Below are positions 1 to 6,836 of a stretch of DNA of 17,069 nt, piece after piece; the stretch's first letter is position 1; each line of letters begins with the position of its first letter. The stretch lies in assembly GCA_037440825.1 (NCBI GenBank), contig JBBITJ010000008.1, forward strand, positions 15,601 to 32,669, written 5' to 3'. The DNA comes from Candidatus Micrarchaeota archaeon (GTDB lineage: Archaea; Micrarchaeota; Micrarchaeia; Anstonellales; Bilamarchaeaceae). Position numbers and translations under genes: made by a program. The notes beneath the pieces were generated by a model that was given only the letters and a program-made list of their open reading frames with translations, was not told the origin of the DNA and searched no databases.

Positions 1-34
1 ACCGGAAGCCCATTCTTGCTTTATTCGTCTTCCT

Positions 35-826
35 CTATTCCTCAACTATGAGCTGCCCCCTCATTATCGAGTGGCTCGGCCCGCACGGGATGTTGCAGTA
101 GTATACGAACGTACCTGCCGTGTCTGCCACGAATTCCACTGTGGTCTCGCTTCCGGGCTCTACCCTCTCCGAAACGTTGAACTCGTTTATCGCGAATCCG
201 TGAGTCACGTCCTCGCTGGTGAGCGTTATCCTTACCGTGTCCCCTTTCTTGACCGTGATGCTTTTAGGGTTGAACTCGAACCTCTTCGCAGTCATGCTGA
301 ATTCCTTCACAGTGGCATTTGCAGCCTCCTCCGCAGTCTCATTTTTCGGGAATTCCAGCATCCCTTCGGTCGCAACGAACCACACGCCGTTCACGCCCTG
401 CCCGTTAACGTCCCCTATCGCGTAATCGTTCACGAACCTGTATAGCGGCATTCCGTTGTACGTGACTTGCTTTACGTTGGTGTCGATCCTTTCTACCGTT
501 CCAAGCTCGCCTTCCAGCCCTTCAGGCGCAACGGGATCGTCCGCGAGGAGGGGCGGCCAGTTCTTCGCGCACTGCTCGTAGCAATTGCTTTTTCCGTATT
601 CGTCTTTCGTGAAAACGTACAGCGTCATTCCCTGCGCGTCGGTGAGTATCCTTCCGTAAACAGGATGGCTGCTTGCCAGCAGCGCAGGCTGCCTGGCTTC
701 GGGCTCAGGCGTCGCATTGATTTCACCTGTCTCGTTCTGCTGGGGAGCCTCCTGCGTTCCGAAAGGCATCGCGCATCCTGAAATGAGCAGCGCAAGCATA
801 ATCGACATTACGAGCATAGCCCTCAT
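35..826 (-). CDS. Lipoprotein: COG4315/Lipoprotein_15-type repeat domain fused to a C-terminal CuA-type cupredoxin domain
   Basis: Hydrophobic N-terminus ending in lipobox-like LLISGC. Two COG4315-like motifs: GMTLYVFTKD..SNCYEQCAKNWPP and QVTYNGMPLYRF..D...GDVNGQG..GVW. The C-terminal cupredoxin has DVTHGF and CNIPCGPSHSIM, matching the CxxxCxxxHxxM CuA ligand pattern. Confidence 0.8.
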   Translation of the reverse strand: MRAMLVMSIMLALLISGCAMPFGTQEAPQQNETGEINATPEPEARQPALLASSHPVYGRILTDAQGMTLYVFTKDEYGKSNCYEQCAKNWPPLLADDPVAPEGLEGELGTVERIDTNVKQVTYNGMPLYRFVNDYAIGDVNGQGVNGVWFVATEGMLEFPKNETAEEAANATVKEFSMTAKRFEFNPKSITVKKGDTVRITLTSEDVTHGFAINEFNVSERVEPGSETTVEFVADTAGTFVYYCNIPCGPSHSIMRGQLIVEE

Positions 827-913
827 AATCTCACATGCGGAGTCCTCTCGCGAACAATTTATTAACCTGCAGGGCGCATGCGCCGGCTTTAATAACTATT
901 TGTAAATAAATGT

Positions 914-1351
914 ATGTTCATGGAACACAACTCTCAAGTGAACAGGACATTGTCAAGGATACTTTCCATGCCTCATCCGGAATGCCGGAGGGTGCTCAAG
1001 CTTTTTGTGCAGATGGTTCCGCTAAACGAAGGGTCTATGCACGAGCTGGAAAGCACACTTGCCCTCAGGGGCGACCTCTATCAGGTGCTTTCCGACTTCC
1101 GCAAGTGCGCCAGGGAAGTAGAGGCGAAGGCATCATTCTTCGAGAGGAACGGTGAGCATGCGAAAGCCGGGGACCTTTTCACGGCACTCAACGATTTCAG
1201 GCGCGCCGCTTCAGCATACCGCAAAGCCGGAATTGAGCCGCCTGAGATGCAGTCCGAGGAGCAGATTGTGCGAGACGTGCTGAAATACGCGGGCCTGGAG
1301 AATTCGCATGCGTTCAAGCCTGCGCCGGGCCTCGCAGACGTTGCTCCGTAG
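914..1351 (+). CDS. Hypothetical alpha-helical protein (145 aa), possibly with a TPR/SNAP-like helical pair
   Basis: Longest ORF in the gap, with TTTAATAA (888-895) just upstream. The segment KAGDLFTALNDFRRAASAYRKAG has a helical-repeat look. No confident family. Confidence 0.6.
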   Translation: MFMEHNSQVNRTLSRILSMPHPECRRVLKLFVQMVPLNEGSMHELESTLALRGDLYQVLSDFRKCAREVEAKASFFERNGEHAKAGDLFTALNDFRRAASAYRKAGIEPPEMQSEEQIVRDVLKYAGLENSHAFKPAPGLADVAP

Positions 1352-1361
1352 AAGGTATACG

Positions 1362-1391
1362 TTTAAATAATCGCGGCTGGTAAATTTAAAT
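1362..1391 (+). promoter_or_regulatory. Candidate TATA boxes for the tRNA-His transcript
   Basis: TTTAAATA at 1362-1369 and TTTAAAT at 1385-1391, in an AT-rich gap upstream of the tRNA. Confidence 0.5.
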
Positions 1392-1506
1392 CGCCAAACA
1401 ATTAGTCATGCTCATGGCCGCAATCCGATTCGCCTGCTGGCGAATTCCTGCGGCATTCGTTTCACTCATGGCCACAATAGCGTAATGGTAGCGTGGGGGA
1501 CTGTGG

Positions 1507-1585
1507 ATGGTTTCCAGTCTTGAGTTCCGTGTTTCGCATTCAAAACGCGAAACTGGGAACGGAAAACTGGCTGCCGGAGGCAGAC
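1507..1585 (+). other. Archaeal tRNA intron with (relaxed) bulge-helix-bulge splice motif
   Basis: Central 4-bp helix CTGT(1501-1504)/GCAG(1580-1583), with 3-nt bulges GGA(1505-1507) and ACA(1584-1586). Removing 1507-1585 restores the 7-nt anticodon loop CTGTGGA. The intron-side closing helix is weak. Confidence 0.88.
1510..1570. repeat. Heptamer-repeat hairpin inside the tRNA intron
   Basis: GTTTCCA GTCTTGA GTTCCGT GTTTCGC, a 9-nt loop, then GCGAAAC TGGGAAC GGAAAAC TGG. The innermost units pair perfectly (GTTTCGC/GCGAAAC). Confidence 0.8.
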
Positions 1586-1627
1586 ATCCCTAGGCCCGGG
1601 TTCAATTCCCGGTTGTGGCCCTAACCA

Positions 1628-1655
1628 GCCTTCAGTTCTCCGTCTCCAGTTTTGC
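1628..1655. repeat. Heptamer tandem array just 3' of tRNA-His
   Basis: GCCTTCA GTTCTCC GTCTCCA GTTTTGC (7-nt period). Confidence 0.65.
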
Positions 1656-1728
1656 CTATTAGCTCTTTTGCTGGCTGCAGTTTCCATTTATAATATTTGC
1701 ATCTCCATTAACCGCGATGGTGAGAAGG

Positions 1729-2004
1729 ATGCCGAAAAAGCACGCACTGGATTTCCTCCAGCTTTCGAAATCCAGGAAAACTGTCTACGAATACTCCAGC
1801 AAGCAGGTCGGCGCCGCAGACCTGGAAAAGATGCTCGAGACCGGAAAGTGGGCGCCCAGCTGCGGCAACTCGCAGCCATGGCTTAACAAGGTGCGCAACA
1901 ACAGCGACATGGCTTTCGTGATGGTGGCCGTGGAATCCGACTACAACGCTCTTGCAAATTTCGTCTCGAAATTCTGCGACTTGTCCATCTCCCCGCCAGA
2001 ATGA
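1729..2004 (+). pseudogene. Truncated or chimeric nitroreductase-family gene
   Basis: GGTGA RBS at 1719-1723, ATG at 1729. The N-terminus has the nitroreductase signatures SRKTVYEY and KWAPSCGNSQPW. Similarity appears to end at about 1881, and the ORF stops at 91 aa, far short of a full nitroreductase fold. Confidence 0.65.
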
Positions 2005-2017
2005 TCTTGGTGACAGC

Positions 2018-2296
2018 ATGCCTCCCAAAGAACCTGCATACGCGCTCTACGCCGCTGCGGCTATCGCGGCAGTACTGCTCGGCTACGCGTGCTTCGCGTA
2101 CCTCAACCTTCTTGCCATGAGCGAGACGCTGGAAATGCAGAGGGAAGCGTTGGAATCGTGCGTTCCCGGCTCAGAGCAGTTCGCAGAACAGGCGCGAATA
2201 TACGCCGACATGGTGCAGGAGTACAATTCCGAGCTCCGCACCTTTCCGGAAAACTTCATTGCGCCTATATTCGGCTTCAGGGAAATCGAGAGCTGA
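2018..2296 (+). CDS. Short LemA-like membrane-anchored protein (92 aa)
   Basis: GGTGA RBS at 2009-2013 and ATG at 2018. N-terminal TM helix. The C-terminus RIYADMVQEYNSELRTFPENFIAPIFGF matches the LemA C-terminal pattern (Y..V..YN.....FP....A..FGF). Confidence 0.65.
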   Translation: MPPKEPAYALYAAAAIAAVLLGYACFAYLNLLAMSETLEMQREALESCVPGSEQFAEQARIYADMVQEYNSELRTFPENFIAPIFGFREIES

Positions 2297-2307
2297 CTTA
2301 TGCCCAA

Positions 2308-2685
2308 TTACCTTATTCCGGTATCCACGCTCAGGTTTAGCTCCGTGGTCTTGCCTGATTCCACGTAGAATTCGGTGCGCATCTCCCCTCCTGCAGGATC
2401 AGGCTTCACCAATATGTAATACCTGCCGGGCTTCAGGGAAATCCTGTACGTGCCGTCGTCGTTGAGCTTGTATTCCCCCATGTACAATCCGTTTCCGCGG
2501 TATACTATGAGCTTCCTGGCAGCGTAAACCAGCTTCATCTTGTCCGATGTCACGATGCACGGGCTCGTTGGGCAGAGCGGCCCTATAGTCACCTTCCCTT
2601 CGACGTAGCCGTCCGGCTGGGGCTCTGCGATGCAGCCGGCAATCGCCAATATCCCAAGGGCCAATGCGGGCAATCTCATGCGCAT
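2308..2685 (-). CDS. Secreted/lipoprotein with a beta-sandwich (carboxypeptidase-regulatory-like) domain
   Basis: Lipobox-like AIAGC, followed by the motifs GKVTIGPLCP...C, DGTYRISLKPGRY and a C-terminal DTGIR. A GGAGG RBS lies upstream on the minus strand. Confidence 0.7.
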   Translation of the reverse strand: MRMRLPALALGILAIAGCIAEPQPDGYVEGKVTIGPLCPTSPCIVTSDKMKLVYAARKLIVYRGNGLYMGEYKLNDDGTYRISLKPGRYYILVKPDPAGGEMRTEFYVESGKTTELNLSVDTGIR

Positions 2686-2778
2686 GCTTCCTCCCCGACC
2701 AATTAAAAATCTTCCATCCGCGAATCCGCGATTGCTTTATATTCCTTGCCGAGAACAGTCTAACCCAAAAGGGAGGGC

Positions 2779-3765
2779 ATGGACTATTCCAATTTTGACC
2801 TGAGGCACGAGCAGACAGCAGGCATCCAGTACTGCAGGAGCGCGCTCCAAAGCGTCTCGCGCTCGTTCGCCTTCACGATACCGATGATAGAGCCGGAGCT
2901 GCGCGACAAGATCACCGTGGGATACGTGGTCGCGCGCGTGCTCGACACCCTCGAGGACTCGCCCATACCGCTGGAGATGAAGAAGGCGATGATGGACGAG
3001 TGGATAAGCATAATCTCCGAGGAGCCTGCAGGGAGCGTCTCGTTAGGCAAGATATACCAGCGCACAAAAAAGATCGTCTCGGAAAGCTCCAAATACGTCG
3101 CGGACGTCGCGTACTCTGAGCTGATGAAGAACGCATTCAAGGTCTACGCCGCAGTGACGAATTTCGACAAGCCGTTCATACTCTCCCAGCACAGGTGGTT
3201 CAGGGAGATGAAGGAAGGCATGAAGAAATACCTCACCAGGCGCATAACCACGTTCAAGGATTTCGACGAATACACATACTACGTGGCAGGCACGGTGGGC
3301 GGATTCCTCACCGACCTCGTGTGCGAAGGAATGCAGGACGAGGCGCGCAAGGCGGTGCTGAAAAGCACTTACCGGGATTTCGGGCTCTTCCTCCAGAAGG
3401 TGAACATAATACGCGATTTCCGGGAGGACGTGCTGGAAGGCAGGTACTTCTGGCCCAAGGAGCTCATCGGAAACCGCAACGACGCGGATCTCCTGAAAGC
3501 GGAGAATTCCGAATTCGCGCTCGCTGCGCTGGAAAAGATGATTTCGGACGCGAAGGCGCACATGCCTGGAGCGCGCACCTACATAGACAGCATACCTCCG
3601 CGATTCAGGGGATACAGGGCTTTCGCGCTGGTCAATTTCTACATGGCAGTGAAGACGCTCGAGCTCATGGAGCGCAACAAGGGCGTCTTCCTCTCGGCCG
3701 CGCCCCTCAAGATCAGCAAGTCCGCAGTAATCGCGATACTCAAAAGGGCGGAATCAGAAAGCTGA
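2779..3765 (+). CDS. Squalene/phytoene synthase family protein (squalene synthase-like)
   Basis: VSRSFAFTI, first Asp-rich motif RVLDTLED, YTYYVAGTVG, and second motif LQKVNIIRDFRED..EGRYFWP. GGAGG RBS and TTTATAT box upstream. Confidence 0.9.
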   Translation: MDYSNFDLRHEQTAGIQYCRSALQSVSRSFAFTIPMIEPELRDKITVGYVVARVLDTLEDSPIPLEMKKAMMDEWISIISEEPAGSVSLGKIYQRTKKIVSESSKYVADVAYSELMKNAFKVYAAVTNFDKPFILSQHRWFREMKEGMKKYLTRRITTFKDFDEYTYYVAGTVGGFLTDLVCEGMQDEARKAVLKSTYRDFGLFLQKVNIIRDFREDVLEGRYFWPKELIGNRNDADLLKAENSEFALAALEKMISDAKAHMPGARTYIDSIPPRFRGYRAFALVNFYMAVKTLELMERNKGVFLSAAPLKISKSAVIAILKRAESES

Positions 3766-3771
3766 TGCCGG

Positions 3772-4971
3772 TCAGCGAAGCTTCATCGCTGCTTCGCGGA
3801 AAAGCTGCGCCCCCCTTTTCACCACGTTCTTGTCCATCACCAATTCCACAGCCTTGCTGATCCTTTCAATCGTGGGCTCAAGGTAAATGTCCCCGCTTTT
3901 TGCGAGCTCGGGCAGGATGCGCCACGGCTTGCTCCCCTCCAGGATTTCCCGCGCCGCAGCAAGGCAGGTTATCGCAGCCTCCGCCCTCCCTTTCACAAGC
4001 GCAGAATACGCTTTCCTTAACTCCGCCTTCGCCTCGCCTTCAGGCCCCTTTTCGTCAAGCCTGCTGCCTGTGTCAGCGAGCATCGCTATCGCAGCATTCC
4101 AGTTCCCTTCGCCGGCGACCGCGATTATCCTGCTTATTCTGGCTGAATTATCACGATCCCGTTTCCACATCTTCGGAGCCGCGTACTGGTACCTGTCCAC
4201 GAAAGACGCCCAGCCCGCGCACATGCGCACGAGCGCATTGTCCCGCGCAGCCCTGAGCGAGCATTCCCTCAATTTGTTGTACGCGATTATCTTCGCAACC
4301 TGCCCGTTCCTCCATTCGTCGTAGCGGTTCCTGAACGCGACGAGCTTCGCGCACGCCGCGTTCACCATGGGCATCCTGTTCGTCTCCATGGGATCCTTCA
4401 TCATCTCCAGGTAGCCGAAGACCTCTTCCATCTTTTCCTTTCCGAGCCGCTTTGCAGCGGCGCGGTTCCTCCTTATTTCGTCCAGCGCGGCTTCAAGCAG
4501 CTTCTCGATTTCGCCGATGCGCATGCCGTCCATCGCCGCGCCTTCTTTGGCGAGCTCCGCATTCACCTTCTCTATCCTTTCAAGCACCCTGTCCAGCTTT
4601 TCGAAATTCTTCTCGTAGCTTTCGCGCACGTGCTTGAGGCTCCTTACGCCGCTGAATATGTCCGTTTCAACTTCGACCTGTTTCTTCGGGTTTTTCCCGC
4701 CTTTCAGGAATTCCGCATCAATCGCTCCGCTTTTTTCCTTCCGGTATTTGATCCTCACCTTCAGCCCCTCCACCTCCATTTTCAGGAATTCCGGAGGCCT
4801 TGTGAGGAACGGCTGGCCGTTTCCGTCCTTTCCAATATACGATGGCCCTTTTATGCTGGCCAGCCTGCCAGCCAAATTTTTGTCTATGCCCTCGAAAAGC
4901 CCCAGCTGCCTTAGTTCCCTTTCAGCAGTGATTTTATCAGCAAGGGCTTTGGAAGAAACGGTCCTTTTCAT
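3772..4971 (-). CDS. Hypothetical charged, largely alpha-helical protein (399 aa)
   Basis: Long ORF filling the space between flanking genes with natural Lys/Glu/Ala/Arg-rich composition. No family motif recognised. Confidence 0.75.
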   Translation of the reverse strand: MKRTVSSKALADKITAERELRQLGLFEGIDKNLAGRLASIKGPSYIGKDGNGQPFLTRPPEFLKMEVEGLKVRIKYRKEKSGAIDAEFLKGGKNPKKQVEVETDIFSGVRSLKHVRESYEKNFEKLDRVLERIEKVNAELAKEGAAMDGMRIGEIEKLLEAALDEIRRNRAAAKRLGKEKMEEVFGYLEMMKDPMETNRMPMVNAACAKLVAFRNRYDEWRNGQVAKIIAYNKLRECSLRAARDNALVRMCAGWASFVDRYQYAAPKMWKRDRDNSARISRIIAVAGEGNWNAAIAMLADTGSRLDEKGPEGEAKAELRKAYSALVKGRAEAAITCLAAAREILEGSKPWRILPELAKSGDIYLEPTIERISKAVELVMDKNVVKRGAQLFREAAMKLR

Positions 4972-5039
4972 GTTGTAGTTCGTGCATTTTGAGGATTATA
5001 AACCTTTGTATACCTATAAAAAACCTCGTTGAGACTCTA

Positions 5040-6026
5040 ATGCGCATGCTCGACCTGAAAAAGATGACAGACCAGAAGCACCTCCTGCTCGACGCCGCGA
5101 TTTCCCTTGCGATAATCGCCGCCATCCTGTCGGCAATCGGAATAGACAGCATAATGCGCGAATTCGGCAGCATAGATTATTCCTACCTCGCCCTCTCGAT
5201 AGTTTTCCTTCTTCTGATGTACCTGGGAATGGGCGCACGGCTTTACATCATCCTCGACGCATTGGGTTCCAGGGTGCGGTTCCAGGACATCCTGAGGATG
5301 CACTTCGTGGGCATGCTGCTCGCGGATTTCACCCCTGCGCGCACAGGATATTTCGCGGTCGCATACGGGCTTTCCAAGAAGCACAAGGTTCCGGAGGAGA
5401 AGAGCCTCATCGCAGTCCTCGGCCCCCAAATCTACGATTTCATGCTCAAGGTGCTGGTGGGCACTGCAGGCATGTTCTACATCCTGAAAACATACCTGAA
5501 GATAGACCACGGGGAATTCCTCTTCCTCGGCGCGCTCGTGATGGCCTCGATGGCGGCAGCGATGGCCTTGCTTCTCTTCTCCAATCGCTTCCTCGCGCTC
5601 TTCTCTTTCGCGCGCAGGTTCCCGCTCGCAGAGAAAATCCTGTCCATGTTCGCGAAGGCGCAGCAAAACTCCGCGGTTATAATACACAATTTCCCCTTGC
5701 TCTTCGCCCTTCTGATGTTCAACTGGGCGACCAAGGCGCTTTCGTGGTACTTCGTCGCGAAGGCGTTGGGCATCACGCTGGACACGGAATTCCCGGAACT
5801 GTTAGCGTATTTCTTCCTCCAGCCGCTGCTCACCATGCTGGAATTCATGCCCTCGCCCACCCTTGCCGGGTTGGGCCTGAGCGAAGGCGGCGGAGTGCTC
5901 ATATTCTCCATCTTCGGCATAGGCGCAGCCAAGGCGGCGTCATTCGTCTTCCTCGCCCGCGTCAAAACCATCCTGGTGAACATGGTCGCAATGAGAGACG
6001 CACTTTCGCTCGTGCGCCTCAGGTAG
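5040..6026 (+). CDS. UPF0104 / lysylphosphatidylglycerol-synthase-TM family flippase-like membrane protein
   Basis: Multiple TM helices and the motifs R(L)YIIL, G....DFTPARTG and PTLAGLGLSEGG. The start is probably ATG 5040 (or 5046), downstream of TTATAAA at about 4997. Confidence 0.85.
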   Translation: MRMLDLKKMTDQKHLLLDAAISLAIIAAILSAIGIDSIMREFGSIDYSYLALSIVFLLLMYLGMGARLYIILDALGSRVRFQDILRMHFVGMLLADFTPARTGYFAVAYGLSKKHKVPEEKSLIAVLGPQIYDFMLKVLVGTAGMFYILKTYLKIDHGEFLFLGALVMASMAAAMALLLFSNRFLALFSFARRFPLAEKILSMFAKAQQNSAVIIHNFPLLFALLMFNWATKALSWYFVAKALGITLDTEFPELLAYFFLQPLLTMLEFMPSPTLAGLGLSEGGGVLIFSIFGIGAAKAASFVFLARVKTILVNMVAMRDALSLVRLR

Positions 6027-6068
6027 GTCTCCAGCTCCAAGTCTTCTGTCCCAGGTCGCCGGTTTCGT
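6027..6068. repeat. Six-unit heptamer array filling a convergent intergenic gap
   Basis: GTCTCCA GCTCCAA GTCTTCT GTCCCAG GTCGCCG GTTTCGT occupies 42 of the 43 nt between the two stop codons. Confidence 0.75.
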
Positions 6069-6069
6069 T

Positions 6070-6693
6070 CTACAACCTTATAGCAAAAGTAGTCCTGAAT
6101 AGCCTCTTCCCCTGCTTCTGTCCAGCAAGGGTGGTGCTTATCCCGTACGTGAGCCCCAGCTTCTTGATCACATCCAGGGTGGAACTGGTGCTTCCTGCGT
6201 AAAGGTCCAGCCCCTCCTTGAGCTCCACTCCCTTGCTTATGAACGTGCCCTCGCGCTCCAGCATCTCTTCGAAAAGCTTCGCGTATTTCGCTATCCTCGC
6301 ATCGTTGCCCCTCAGCTGTATTATGGTTTCGAAATATCCGCCTGATTTCTTGTTGCAGTCAGGGCACATGTCTTTGATGAATTCGAGGCTGAGCGGCTTT
6401 TCTATACCAACTCTGCTTCCGTCCCTATCTATCGTGAAAACCGCCTTCTTCCAGTCAGGCGAAAACTCCACGGAGGTGAATTCGCCTTTGAGCTTGCTCT
6501 CCACCCAGTTCGTCACCTTCTTCTCTGAAAAAGGCATCCACTTGCCCCTCATCTTCATCCTTCCGCAGTGCTTGCACTGGTGCAGCTCGAGCTTGTCCGG
6601 AACGAATATCCTGAATTCGTAGCAGTCTATGCAGAACGGGCCTATGAATTTCTTCGTCCCTTCCGCAGCGCCGCATTTGGGGCAGATGTGCAT
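6070..6693 (-). CDS. nmd3: NMD3-family ribosome biogenesis protein (short archaeal form)
   Basis: Four CxxC pairs (CPKC, CIDC, CKHC, CPDC) and the GGYFETIIQLRG motif. The start is probably ATG 6693, with ATG 6708 as an alternative. Confidence 0.88.
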   Translation of the reverse strand: MHICPKCGAAEGTKKFIGPFCIDCYEFRIFVPDKLELHQCKHCGRMKMRGKWMPFSEKKVTNWVESKLKGEFTSVEFSPDWKKAVFTIDRDGSRVGIEKPLSLEFIKDMCPDCNKKSGGYFETIIQLRGNDARIAKYAKLFEEMLEREGTFISKGVELKEGLDLYAGSTSSTLDVIKKLGLTYGISTTLAGQKQGKRLFRTTFAIRL

Positions 6694-6730
6694 ATTATAC
6701 CTTTGCATATTCCATCATTAAAAGCATTCT

Positions 6731-6795
6731 GTGGTCCCGGGTCCCCAGTTCTCAGTTTCGGAACTGGAAACCTGGAACGGAAAAACTCGGGCTGC
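6731..6795. repeat. Heptamer-repeat hairpin between divergent promoters
   Basis: GTCCCGG GTCCCCA GTTCTCA GTTTCGG aac TGGAAAC CTGGAAC GGAAAAAC. Inner stem CAGTT/AACTG, outer stem CCCGGGT/ACTCGGG. Confidence 0.8.
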
Positions 6796-6836
6796 ACACC
6801 CATAGTATTTAAAGCGTGCAAACCCTAAACAAATCC

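Larger units (their letters stand above)
1470..1620 (+). tRNA. tRNA-His(GUG) with encoded G-1 and a 79-nt intron at canonical position 37/38
   Basis: Acceptor stem GCCACAA(1471-1477)/TTGTGGC(1613-1619), with G-1 (1470) opposite C73 (1620). D stem GCGT/GCGT around AATGGTA. Anticodon stem GGGGA(1496-1500)/TCCCT(1587-1591) with anticodon GTG at 1503-1505. T arm CCGGG-TTCAATT-CCCGG. CCA is not encoded. Confidence 0.95.

Noticed and set aside
2716..2731. Tandem ATCCGCGA x2 between divergent promoters
   Set aside because: Only two units, with an 8-nt period unlike the heptamer family, and no clear further copies.
4894..4908. QLGLF, resembling a bacterial beta-clamp-binding motif, in the 399-aa protein
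   Set aside because: A five-residue match is weak, and archaea use PCNA with PIP-box motifs.
1620..4971. Integrated element or genomic island at tRNA-His
   Set aside because: There is no integrase or transposase, and I saw no downstream duplicate of the tRNA 3' end in the window.
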